The position numbers were made by a program, and so were the translations under genes. From Verrucomicrobiota bacterium (GTDB taxonomy: Bacteria; Verrucomicrobiota; Verrucomicrobiia; Limisphaerales; UBA11358), in assembly GCA_049523555.1 (NCBI GenBank), contig JBEKMU010000013.1, positions 2,707 through 66,706 on the forward strand: 64,000 nt of DNA, in the 5' to 3' direction. The notes under the pieces are model-generated. The model did no database searches and had not been told where the DNA came from. It worked only from the letters and a program-made list of their open reading frames with translations. How positions within the stretch are numbered: position 1 is the first letter of the stretch; every line of letters begins with the position of its first letter. This document shows positions 9,489-18,766 of this stretch, piece after piece.

Positions 9489-11024
9489 TCAAACGGATGG
9501 CCGCGGAGCGAAGCACGAAACCACTGTCCCACCCTTCGGCCCACGCTCGATATTTAACACGCCACCAATCGTCCGCGCGCGGTAAGCCATGATGTGCATT
9601 CCCATCCCGCGGGTCGCGTTCAACGGAAGGGAAATGCCGATGCCGTCGTCGCTGATTTTCAATTCAACCCGGTTTTGGCTGGCTTGCAACTGAATTAAAA
9701 TCGAACCAGCCCGGCTGTGTTTGACCGCGTTGTTCACTGCTTCCTGTGCGATACGGTAAAGGTGTGTCGCCACAGTGTTGTCGCGGACAAACACGGGTTG
9801 CGGACAGTCCACCCGGCAATTCACCTTGGTGCGGGCGCATGTGCTCGCGGCCAGTTGTTGCAACGCCAGGTTTAAGCCATCCGTTTCCAGTTGCACGGGG
9901 AAAAGCCCCCGCGACAAGGCGCGAGCTTCCGTGATCACGTCATCGAGCACCTCGCCCATTTTTTGGGCGGCGGCAGTTTCGGGCAGCGCGCGGGCGGCGA
10001 GTTGTTGCTCGAGGGAATGGTTGTCGAAACCAAGGCTGACCAACTGCTGGCAAAGCCCGTCGTGCAAGTCCTGCCCGATGCGCGCCTGTTCGCGATCGCT
10101 GATTTCCAGAATTTCGCGCTCCAGCCGGTGCCGCTCTGTAATGTCTTCTGCAATGCCGACAATGCGGATAACTTTGCCGTGGCTGTCGCGAATCGGAAAG
10201 GCGCGGTCGCGAATCCATCGCAGGGTGCCATCCGGCCTTACGATACGGTATTCCTGGTTGTATTCCCCGGTGGTTTGTTTCGTGAGCATGGCTTGGGCAA
10301 CCTGTTCACGATCCTCCGGGTGAATGGCCTCCAGCCATGCGTGCGGGGATTGGTACAGATCCTTGCAACTGCGCCCCCAGATTTTTTCGTACGCCGGGCT
10401 GACATAGACCATGTGGGTTTCTTCCGAGTCTCTCATCCAGAAAGCATCGCTGATGTTTTCAGCCAGTTGGCGCAACTGTTGCATGGTTTTACGCAATTGT
10501 TCCTCGGTTTGTTTGCGGTCGCCGATTTCACGTTCCAACGCGGTGGTCCGTTCCTTGACCCGCTGCTCGAGATGTTCGGTCAAGCTGCGGACAGCGGATA
10601 CCAGCAAAACGACGAATAATGAAATCCCGATCTGCACCGCCAAATTCCAGTAAAGAATCCCAAGCTGTGAGCTGTGATTGACCTCATCCACGAACGAAGC
10701 GAGCGAACTGACCAGCGCGATTAGTACCCCGGCCTTTCTGCCACCTTTCCATGCGGCATAGGATGCGATTAACAGATAAAACAAGGTAAAACTGACTCGT
10801 TGAACAGACCGGTAGTCAATGATTGCAGCCAGAATGGTCAGGAAAAGGCAGACGACGCTGATAGCGGCTTCCGAAGGTTGTTTCAGCCGACGGGTCGGAT
10901 TCCGCTCATTGGCATGGGGAATGGCGTAATAGTCAACGACCGCGCTCAGAATGGCCGGGAGGGAGACAATCATGCCCACCACAGCTTCGAAACGCTGCCT
11001 TAGCCAGTTGCCCGGTTTTTGCAT
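9489..11024 (-). CDS. Membrane sensor histidine kinase (PAS + HisKA_3 + HATPase_c)
   Basis: N-terminal TM helices and a PAS-like segment (VYVSPAYEKIWG...). H-box IGQDLHDGLCQQL, N-box AQEAVNNAVKHS and G-box DDGIGI. It ends 9 nt upstream of the response-regulator gene. Confidence 0.9.
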   Translation of the reverse strand: MQKPGNWLRQRFEAVVGMIVSLPAILSAVVDYYAIPHANERNPTRRLKQPSEAAISVVCLFLTILAAIIDYRSVQRVSFTLFYLLIASYAAWKGGRKAGVLIALVSSLASFVDEVNHSSQLGILYWNLAVQIGISLFVVLLVSAVRSLTEHLEQRVKERTTALEREIGDRKQTEEQLRKTMQQLRQLAENISDAFWMRDSEETHMVYVSPAYEKIWGRSCKDLYQSPHAWLEAIHPEDREQVAQAMLTKQTTGEYNQEYRIVRPDGTLRWIRDRAFPIRDSHGKVIRIVGIAEDITERHRLEREILEISDREQARIGQDLHDGLCQQLVSLGFDNHSLEQQLAARALPETAAAQKMGEVLDDVITEARALSRGLFPVQLETDGLNLALQQLAASTCARTKVNCRVDCPQPVFVRDNTVATHLYRIAQEAVNNAVKHSRAGSILIQLQASQNRVELKISDDGIGISLPLNATRGMGMHIMAYRARTIGGVLNIERGPKGGTVVSCFAPRPSV

Positions 11025-11227
11025 ATTTGCCCTCGTCGTGCAGGCGACACGGTTCTTTGGGGAAAACTTGCACTGGGGATTTTATCAGCCCAGATCGCTG
11101 ACAAATACTATCCATTTTATCGTGTGGAAACAACACCTGTATGTCCTTAAAAGGACAGTCCTCGTTTTGGGATTTGCCAGTGCCGCCAATTTCAGGGATA
11201 TTGTCTCCCGTTTTTTCATGGCCATTT

Positions 11228-12787
11228 ATGAAACCCCAGGTCGAAATCTATGACACGACCCTGCGCGACGGTTCGCAGGGTGAAGGCATCAATTTCTCGG
11301 TCGCGGACAAGCTCCGCATCGCCGAGAAGCTCGACGCGTTCGGGGTGCATTACATCGAAGGCGGCTGGCCCGGCTCGAACCCCAAGGACATGGAATTTTT
11401 TGCGCAGGCCAGCCGGCACAAGTGGAAGAACGCCCAAATCGCCGCGTTCAGCATGACCCGCCGCAAGGGCGTCACCGTCGAGAAGGACGAGTTGATGCGG
11501 CAGATTCTCGATGCGAAAACACCGGTCGTCACCGTCGTCGGCAAAACGTGGCTGTTGCACGTCACCGAGGTGTTGCGCGCCAAGCCGGATGAAAACCTCG
11601 CGATGATCGGCGACACCATCCGCTTTTTGAAGGACCACGGCAAAACGGTCATCTACGACGCCGAGCACAGCTTCGACGGTTTCAAGGACGAACCGGAATA
11701 CGCGCTGGCCACATGGCAGGCCGCGGAGAAAGCGGGCGCGGAGTGCATCGCGTTGTGCGACACGAATGGCGGCTGTCTGCCGGAGGAAATCGCGCGCATC
11801 ACGGCGTTTGCGAAAAGCAAACTCACGGCCCGCCTCGGCATCCACACACACAACGATTGCGGTGTGGGTGTGGCCAATGCCCTCGCCGGCCTCGAAGCCG
11901 GTGCCACGCAGGTGCAGGGCACCATCAACGGCTACGGCGAACGCACGGGCAATTGCAATCTGACCAGCGTCATTCCGCTGATTCATTTCAAGTTGAAAAA
12001 AATCGGCGTGCCAGTGAAGTCATTACCCAAGCTCAAGGAGCTTTCCGAATTCGTGGATGAGATGGCCAACGTTCGGCACGATCCGCGCCAGCCGTGGGTG
12101 GGACAGACGGCTTTTGCGCACAAGGGCGGGATGCACGTGCACGCGATTGACCGCGTGGCGCGCAGCTACGAACACATTGACCCGGCCGCCGTTGGGAATT
12201 TCCGCCGCGTGCTCATCAGCGACATGTCGGGCCGCACGAACATTTTGATGAAGGGCGCGGAGCTCGGGTTCAAGCTCAAGCCGGAAATGCCGGAAGTGAA
12301 AACTATCACGCAGCGCGTCAAGGAACTGGAAAACCAAGGTTACGAGTTCGAGGCCGCCGAAGGTTCGCTCGCGCTGCTGATCAGCAAGACGCTCAAACAT
12401 CGCGACCCGCTGTTTCACGTGGACGCCTATCACGTTTCCATGCGGCGTGATGCCAGGGAGTCCGTCTGTGAAGCGACGGTCAAGGTCGGCGTCGGCACCC
12501 GGCAGGCGCAGACGGTGGCCGAGGGCGACGGCCCCGTGAACGCGCTCGACGGCGCATTGCGCTCGGCGCTGGTGAAGTTTTATCCGCAGCTTAAAAAGGT
12601 GACGCTCACGGATTACAAGGTGCGCATTCTTAACAGCGACACCGGCACCGCCGCCAAGACGCGCGTGCTCATCGAATCCAGCGACGGCCGGCGCGAATGG
12701 GGCACCGTCGGCGTGAGCGAGAACATCATCGAAGCCAGCCTCCAGGCGCTCGTGGACAGCATGGAATATGCGCTGTTAAAAAAATGA
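11228..12787 (+). CDS. cimA: Citramalate synthase / LeuA-related (isoleucine pathway)
   Basis: MKPQVEIYDTTLRDGSQGEGINFSVADKLRIAEKLDAFGVHYIEGGWPGSNPKDMEFF matches the citramalate synthase subfamily pattern. The ATG at 11228 lies inside ORF 11141..12787. Confidence 0.85.
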   Translation: MKPQVEIYDTTLRDGSQGEGINFSVADKLRIAEKLDAFGVHYIEGGWPGSNPKDMEFFAQASRHKWKNAQIAAFSMTRRKGVTVEKDELMRQILDAKTPVVTVVGKTWLLHVTEVLRAKPDENLAMIGDTIRFLKDHGKTVIYDAEHSFDGFKDEPEYALATWQAAEKAGAECIALCDTNGGCLPEEIARITAFAKSKLTARLGIHTHNDCGVGVANALAGLEAGATQVQGTINGYGERTGNCNLTSVIPLIHFKLKKIGVPVKSLPKLKELSEFVDEMANVRHDPRQPWVGQTAFAHKGGMHVHAIDRVARSYEHIDPAAVGNFRRVLISDMSGRTNILMKGAELGFKLKPEMPEVKTITQRVKELENQGYEFEAAEGSLALLISKTLKHRDPLFHVDAYHVSMRRDARESVCEATVKVGVGTRQAQTVAEGDGPVNALDGALRSALVKFYPQLKKVTLTDYKVRILNSDTGTAAKTRVLIESSDGRREWGTVGVSENIIEASLQALVDSMEYALLKK

Positions 12788-12792
12788 TTTTT

Positions 12793-12861
12793 CAACGCAA
12801 AGGCGCAAAGAAGCAAAGTCGCCAGGAGAAGAAAAATCTTTGCGTCTCTGCGTCTTGGCGT
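12793..12861. repeat. Imperfect inverted-repeat (hairpin) element in the cimA-valS gap
   Basis: CAACGCAAAGGCGCAAAGAAGCAAAG ... CTTTGCGTCTCTGCGTCTTGGCGT. The arms are reverse-complementary with a few mismatches. Confidence 0.7.
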
Positions 12862-12870
12862 CAAATTCCC

Positions 12871-15800
12871 ATGAGTGAAATTCCCAAGGCCTACGAACCG
12901 CAAGCAGTCGAAGACAAGTGGTACCAGTTCTGGCTCGACCAGAAGTGCTTCGTCGCCGATGCGCAGTCGAAGAAGCCTGCTTATTCCATTGTCATCCCGC
13001 CGCCGAATGTCACCGGCATGCTCACGATGGGCCACGTCCTCAACAACACCATCCAGGACATCCTCGCCCGCAAAGCGCGCATGGACGGCAAGGAGGTCCT
13101 CTGGCTGCCCGGCACCGATCACGCCGGCATTGCCACGCAGACGGTGGTGGAACGCACGTTAAAAAAGGCCGGTGAAATCAAACATCGTGACGATTTGGGC
13201 CGCGAAAAATTCCTCGAACGCGTCTGGCAATGGAAGGAAAAGCACGGCGGTATCATCATCCAGCAATTGAAGAAGCTCGGCGCGTCGTGCGACTGGACGC
13301 GTGAACGGTTCACCATGGACCCGGAATATTCGCGCTGTGTCCAGAAGGTATTTGTGGAGCTTTACAAAAAGGGCCTTATCTATCGCGGCAAGCGCATGGT
13401 GAACTGGGACCCTGCCGCCCGCACCGCGCTCTCCGACGAGGAAGTCGAAATGATCGAGGAAAAGGGGCACCTCTGGCACATCAAATATCCGCTGCTCGAC
13501 GACCAGGGCCAACCCAAGGCTGATGAATTCGTGGTCGTCGCCACGACCCGCCCGGAAACGATGCTCGGCGACGAAGCGGTGGCAGTGAATCCGTCCGACC
13601 CGCGTTACACGAAGCTGGTCGGGCGGAAGGTGCTGTTGCCGCTCCAGAACAAGCCCATCCCGGTCATTGCTGACGCACTGGTGGACCCGAAGTTCGGTAC
13701 CGGTTGCGTGAAGGTGACGCCCGCACACGATCCGGCCGACTACGAGATAGCGCTACGGCACAACCTGCCGATCACCGTCGTCATCGGCCTCGACGGCCAC
13801 ATGACGCCGGCCGCCGGCAAGGAGTTTGAGGGCTTGAACCGTTCGAAAGTGCGCCAGGCCGCAGTCGAGAAACTGACCGAGCAGGGCTTGTTGCTGAAGA
13901 CCGAGGATTACGTCCACAATGTCGGTTACAGCCAGCGCAGCCATGTGCCCATCGAACCGTATCTGAGCGAGCAATGGTTTTTGAAATATCCAAGCGTGGA
14001 AAAATCGCGGGCGTGCGTGGAGCAAGCCGACGTCGGAGGGGCGAGTTCCACGAGCCCCACTTCAAGTCAGGGCGTCGCAGAGCTCCGCCCTCCGAAAGAT
14101 GGGAAAATGCAGTTCCATCCGCAGCGCTGGGCGAAGGTCTATGACCACTGGATGGGCAACATCCAGGACTGGTGCATCAGCCGCCAGCTTTGGTGGGGAC
14201 ACCGGATTCCGGTGTGGACTCTGGCGTGGAATGACGAATGTGCCGGCGGTGCAATTGAAGAGGAAGAATTTTTGATGGGTATCAATGCATGGGTGAAGGA
14301 AGTCGGTTTAGTTGGCAAACTTGAAATTCACATCGCCCGTGATTTGCCCTATACAGCTCGCATTTTGACATTGGACTCGGAAGCGGATGCTCGTCTGGCA
14401 GAACTGGCTGAAGTCGCAAGCAAACATGATGAACAAGCTTCGTCTGAGTATGAAGCGCGCTTTACGACAGAAGCGAAGATTCTTTACACGATTGATACAC
14501 TCACCCAAGACCCCGATGTGCTCGATACGTGGTTCAGCTCCTGGCTCTGGCCGTTTGCGACGATGGGCTGGACGGGTGACAAATCCCAGGACTCCAACAA
14601 CCCAACACTCCGGGCCTTTTATCCGACCACCGACCTGGTCACCGGGCCGGACATCATTTTCTTCTGGGTCGCGCGCATGATTATGGCGGGCTACGAATTC
14701 ATGGGGGATTTGCCGTTCCGGAACGTCTATTTCACCGGCATCATCCGCGACAAGCAGGGCCGCAAGATGTCCAAGAGCCTCGGCAATTCGCCTGACCCGC
14801 TCGACCTCATCGCCAAGTTCGGCGCCGATGCGCTCCGGTTCGGCACCATGCGCAGCGCGCCGCTTGGTCAGGACATTTTGTTCGACGAACAAAACGTCGA
14901 GTTGGGCCGCAATTTCTGCAACAAGCTCTGGAACGCCTGCCGCTTCCGCCAGATGGTCGGCAGTGCCGACTTCCCAATTCAGGGGGAGATTAATCCAAAA
15001 CTATTAACGTCAGACGACAAATGGATTTTGCTCAAGCTCGATCAGGCGATTCGTGAAATGAACACCGCATTCGCCGAATACAAATTCAGCGACGCGACGG
15101 CGACGCTCTACCGCTTTTTCTGGAGCGAGTATTGCGATTGGTACGTCGAGGCGAGCAAAGCTGTGCTGTCGCACAGCGTTGAACCGTTAAAACGCGAAAC
15201 CGTTGAATCGGCCACCGGTTCAACGATTCAACCTTTCAACGATTCAACGGCTCGCAAAGCGAATACTCTGGCCGTGATTGATTTTGTTCTCTCGCATACG
15301 CTGCGGCTGTTTCATCCGTTTCTGCCGTTCATCACGGAGGAACTCTGGCATGGGATGGGTTATGCCGAGGACATGCCACAAGATCAGGGCGGCAAAACCA
15401 TCATGTTCGCGCCCTGGCCGAAGCCGCTCGGCGACGATTTCAAATCACACTACGACCTGACCGAACAGGACGAAAAACACATCGAAGCCCGCAACGAATT
15501 TGTCACGCAAGGCCGCAATCTGCGCCGCACGGCGAACATCGCCGCGAACAAGAAGGTCAAATTCATTCTCAAACCGGCGCGCGAATTGCCGGCTCACGAC
15601 CTCGAAGTGCTAAGGCTGTTGCTGAATGCCGAGGCGGTCGAGGTGAACACGAATTTTCAGCCGGCAAAAAACACGATGACGGTGCGCACCGCGTTGGGCG
15701 ATTTGTTTCTGCCGCTGGAAGGTTTGATTGACATCGAGGCGGAAAAAGCGCGGCTGAAAAAGGAGTTGGAAAAAATCGAGGCCGAGACCGCCAAAGTCGA

Positions 15801-15933
15801 ACAGAAGCTGGCCAACCCGAACTTCACGCAAAAGGTTCCAGCGCAAGTCTTGGAGGAACACAAGCAGCGTCTCGCCGAGTGGCATGGCAAACGCGACCAC
15901 GTGAAATCCGCACTGGCCGCCCTGCAAGGTTGA
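12871..15933 (+). CDS. valS: Valine--tRNA ligase
   Basis: MSEIPKAYEPQAVEDKWYQFW start, the class I HIGH-type motif PPPNVTGMLTMGHV and KMSKS (RKMSKSLGN). A C-terminal coiled coil is present. The ATG at 12871 lies inside ORF 12697..15933. Confidence 0.95.
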   Translation: MSEIPKAYEPQAVEDKWYQFWLDQKCFVADAQSKKPAYSIVIPPPNVTGMLTMGHVLNNTIQDILARKARMDGKEVLWLPGTDHAGIATQTVVERTLKKAGEIKHRDDLGREKFLERVWQWKEKHGGIIIQQLKKLGASCDWTRERFTMDPEYSRCVQKVFVELYKKGLIYRGKRMVNWDPAARTALSDEEVEMIEEKGHLWHIKYPLLDDQGQPKADEFVVVATTRPETMLGDEAVAVNPSDPRYTKLVGRKVLLPLQNKPIPVIADALVDPKFGTGCVKVTPAHDPADYEIALRHNLPITVVIGLDGHMTPAAGKEFEGLNRSKVRQAAVEKLTEQGLLLKTEDYVHNVGYSQRSHVPIEPYLSEQWFLKYPSVEKSRACVEQADVGGASSTSPTSSQGVAELRPPKDGKMQFHPQRWAKVYDHWMGNIQDWCISRQLWWGHRIPVWTLAWNDECAGGAIEEEEFLMGINAWVKEVGLVGKLEIHIARDLPYTARILTLDSEADARLAELAEVASKHDEQASSEYEARFTTEAKILYTIDTLTQDPDVLDTWFSSWLWPFATMGWTGDKSQDSNNPTLRAFYPTTDLVTGPDIIFFWVARMIMAGYEFMGDLPFRNVYFTGIIRDKQGRKMSKSLGNSPDPLDLIAKFGADALRFGTMRSAPLGQDILFDEQNVELGRNFCNKLWNACRFRQMVGSADFPIQGEINPKLLTSDDKWILLKLDQAIREMNTAFAEYKFSDATATLYRFFWSEYCDWYVEASKAVLSHSVEPLKRETVESATGSTIQPFNDSTARKANTLAVIDFVLSHTLRLFHPFLPFITEELWHGMGYAEDMPQDQGGKTIMFAPWPKPLGDDFKSHYDLTEQDEKHIEARNEFVTQGRNLRRTANIAANKKVKFILKPARELPAHDLEVLRLLLNAEAVEVNTNFQPAKNTMTVRTALGDLFLPLEGLIDIEAEKARLKKELEKIEAETAKVEQKLANPNFTQKVPAQVLEEHKQRLAEWHGKRDHVKSALAALQG

Positions 15934-15966
15934 TTCTGAACTGAACGTTGGCCGTGGTAAACATAG

Positions 15967-16066
15967 CGGCAGAGGCCCGCCGCACTCCAAGACCTGTCGG
16001 AAATTCCGACGGTCCCCCCCCCGCATCGCGCATCAGCGTCTTGGACTGCGCCAGCCCCCTGGCGCT
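15967..16066. repeat. ~100-bp composite inverted repeat downstream of valS
   Basis: Arms GCGGCAGAGGCCCGCCGCACTCCAAGAC and GTCTTGGACTGCGCCAGCCCCCTGGCGC. An inner hairpin GTCGGAAATTCCGAC and a C9 tract are also present. Confidence 0.65.
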
Positions 16067-16162
16067 TTGGGAGGTTGTTATGGCAATTTCACCCGGATTT
16101 TGTGCGGATTTCAAAACCACTCCTCGACGGCGTTGCAGTTCTTCGCTTAAGCTCGCGCCCGC

Positions 16163-17875
16163 ATGGAGCACGGACTCGTTACCGACATTGCCATTTGCAT
16201 CATCGCCGCGTGGGTGTTGGCGGTGGTGTCACAGGTGGCGCGCCAGCCGGTGCTGCTCGCCTACCTTGTCGCGGGCTTTGTCATCGGCCCGCACGGTTTT
16301 CAATGGATCACCAACGCCCGTAACATCCAGACCATATCCGAAATCGGCCTGTCGCTGCTGCTGTTTATGATTGGGCTGGAGATTGACCTCAAAAAAATGT
16401 TGAGCGCGGGCAAGGTCATCACGGTTACCGCGCTGGTGCAAATCCTTGGCTGCGTACTGCTCGGCTGGCTGGTGTTCGATTGTATTGGCCCGGCGGCAAC
16501 GCGATTGGAAGCGCTTTACCTCGGCGTGGCGGCGGCCATGAGCAGCACGGTCATCATCGTCAAAATCCTTTACGACAAACGCGAACTCGAATCGCTCGTC
16601 GGTCGCGTCACGCTGGGCGTGCTGGTGTTGCAGGACTTGTTCGTCATCCTGTTCCTCGCCCTCCAGCCGAACCTGAAAAATCCCGCCATCAGCCCGCTGG
16701 CGCATGCTTTCGGCAATGTGATTCTGCTCCTGACGGTGGCATTTTTGGCCAGCCGGTTTGTGTTGCCGCCGGTGTTCCGGTCCGTTGCGCGCCTGCCGGA
16801 ACTGGTCCTGGTCGGCGCCCTGGCCTGGTGCCTGGCGATGGCCGGTTTTGCCGGCTGGCTCGGTTTGTCCACAGCGATGGGCGCGCTCATCGCCGGCGTG
16901 ATGGTTTCCACGTTCCCTTACACGCTCGACGTGGTTGCCAAGGTCACGAGCATCCGCGATTTTTTTGTGACGCTTTTCTTCGTCGCGCTCGGCATGACCA
17001 TTCCCGTGCCGACGTGGGGTTACCTGCTCTGGGCGGTCTTCTTCTGTCTGTTCCTCGTGGCCAGCCGTTTCGCGACGGTCTTCCCGCCGCTTTATTGCAT
17101 GCGGCAGGGCTATCGCGTCAGCCTGTTGCCCACGGTCAACCTTTGCCAGTTGAGTGAGCTTTCCCTCGTGCTGCTCGCGCTCGGCAGGACCAGCGGTGAC
17201 GTCACGGAAAATTCCATTGGCATCGCGGCGTTTTCCTTCGCGTTCCTCGCAATCGGCTCAACTTACGCGATTCTGAAAAACGATCTGCTGCTCCGCAAAG
17301 CCACCCCGTGGCTGAACCAACTGGATTTGCACGATCTTGACCAAACCGTGCCCGAACCCGGCGGCGAAACAAAACCGAAACGCATCTGCCTGCTCGGTTT
17401 TTCGTGGACGGCCAGTTCGTTGCTCGAAGAAATCAGCCGGGAACGCTCCGATCTGCTGACGGAAATCGTCGTCGTGGATTTCAACCCGAACGTTTATGAA
17501 AAACTTCGCCAGCGCGGCCTGCGCGTTGCCTACGGCGACATCACACAACGCGAAACCCTGCTCCACGCCGGCATCGCGGAATGCGAAATCATCATCTGCT
17601 CCCTGCCCAACACCGTGCTCAAGGGCGCGGACAACCTGAAAATGCTCCGGCAACTGCGCGAACTGAATCCGGACTCGAAAATTGTCGTACACGCCGAATT
17701 GTTGGAGGACATCCCAAAGCTTTACGCCGCCGGCGCGAATCACGTCACCGCGCCGCGCCTGCTGGAAGCCGTCAGTCTGCTCAGCGTCATCGAAGCCGCC
17801 GAAAACAATCTCCTCGACCAGAAACGCAAGGAACAGGAAAAACAACTGGCCGGACGCAACGAGGTTATTCCCTAG
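16163..17875 (+). CDS. Cation:proton antiporter (CPA2/Kef-type) with C-terminal TrkA-N/RCK domain
   Basis: About 11 TM helices beginning AICIIAAWVLAVVSQVARQPVLLAYLVAGFVIGPHG. The C-terminal Rossmann-like segment is ICLLGFSWTASSLLEEI...VVVDFNP. Confidence 0.85.
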   Translation: MEHGLVTDIAICIIAAWVLAVVSQVARQPVLLAYLVAGFVIGPHGFQWITNARNIQTISEIGLSLLLFMIGLEIDLKKMLSAGKVITVTALVQILGCVLLGWLVFDCIGPAATRLEALYLGVAAAMSSTVIIVKILYDKRELESLVGRVTLGVLVLQDLFVILFLALQPNLKNPAISPLAHAFGNVILLLTVAFLASRFVLPPVFRSVARLPELVLVGALAWCLAMAGFAGWLGLSTAMGALIAGVMVSTFPYTLDVVAKVTSIRDFFVTLFFVALGMTIPVPTWGYLLWAVFFCLFLVASRFATVFPPLYCMRQGYRVSLLPTVNLCQLSELSLVLLALGRTSGDVTENSIGIAAFSFAFLAIGSTYAILKNDLLLRKATPWLNQLDLHDLDQTVPEPGGETKPKRICLLGFSWTASSLLEEISRERSDLLTEIVVVDFNPNVYEKLRQRGLRVAYGDITQRETLLHAGIAECEIIICSLPNTVLKGADNLKMLRQLRELNPDSKIVVHAELLEDIPKLYAAGANHVTAPRLLEAVSLLSVIEAAENNLLDQKRKEQEKQLAGRNEVIP

Positions 17876-17887
17876 CAACCCGATTTT

Positions 17888-18736
17888 ATGAAAGCCCTAT
17901 TATTGAATAAATCACTGGCCGTGGCCGTCAAAGCCGCGCGCGCCGCGGGGAAACTCATGCGCGACAACTGGCACGCGCCCAAGCGCGTCAACGCCACCGA
18001 TGCCCACGACATCAAGCTTGAACTCGATGTGCGCAGCCAGAAACTCATCGAAAAAAACCTGTGTGCCGCGTTTCCAAAAATTCCTTTGCTCGGCGAGGAA
18101 GGTTGCACGGGCGACATGAACGCCGAATATCGCTGGGTGGTGGACCCGATTGACGGCACGGTGAATTATTTCCTTGGCATTCCGCACGCTGCCGTATCTA
18201 TCGCTTTGCAGCGGTGGGGCGAGAGTCTCTCGAGCCCCGACTCAAAAACAAAAAAATCAGGGCTCGACAGAGTCTCGCCCCACCAAAATTTTGAAACAAT
18301 CCTCGGAGTAATCTATGGTCCGTTCACGGATGAACTCTGGACGGTGATTCGCGGCGGGCCGACGCGATTGAATGGGTGCGTCGTCCGTGTCAGCCGCCGC
18401 CAAAACCTGAAGGAGGCCGTCGTGGCCATGGGCTTTTCCAAGAGCAAACAAAACCTGGCAAAAAGCCTGCCGCACCTGAACCGGCTTTCCCGGCGCACGT
18501 TGAAAATGCGCATCATGGGTTCGGCAGCGCTCGAACTTGCCTACGTCGCCTCCGGCCGCCTCGACGCCTACATCGAGCGCACCATCAATTTGTGGGACAT
18601 CGCGGCGGGCGCATTGATGGTTGAATGTTCCGGCGGCGAATTTTACACCCGGCCCGCGCCGGGCGGGAAACTCCGGATGATCGCCAGCAACGGCCTGCTC
18701 CGCCGGAAACTTCAGCTTGGAAACTTGCTGAAGTGA
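17888..18736 (+). CDS. Inositol monophosphatase family protein (SuhB-like), with a repeat-derived internal insert
   Basis: Motifs LLGEEG and WVVDPIDGTVNYFLGIPHAAVSIAL, and a C-terminal WDIAAGALMV. Confidence 0.85.
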   Translation: MKALLLNKSLAVAVKAARAAGKLMRDNWHAPKRVNATDAHDIKLELDVRSQKLIEKNLCAAFPKIPLLGEEGCTGDMNAEYRWVVDPIDGTVNYFLGIPHAAVSIALQRWGESLSSPDSKTKKSGLDRVSPHQNFETILGVIYGPFTDELWTVIRGGPTRLNGCVVRVSRRQNLKEAVVAMGFSKSKQNLAKSLPHLNRLSRRTLKMRIMGSAALELAYVASGRLDAYIERTINLWDIAAGALMVECSGGEFYTRPAPGGKLRMIASNGLLRRKLQLGNLLK

Positions 18737-18766
18737 ATTCAGGTCGGGACGCGCGGTAGCGCAGCC

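Noticed and set aside
11141-11227. N-terminal extensions of longest ORFs, for example cimA from 11141, valS from 12697, the permease from 26395, nuoI to 58964, and coaX to 38043.
   Set aside because: The extensions lack homology, often use TTG or GTG, overlap neighbouring genes or are encoded by repeat elements. The conserved N-termini begin at the internal starts reported.
15948-16370. ORFs 15948..16370 (+) and 15824..16171 (-) spanning the valS-antiporter gap.
   Set aside because: Their sequences are read-through of the 100-bp inverted repeat and of the 5' part of the antiporter gene in wrong frames.
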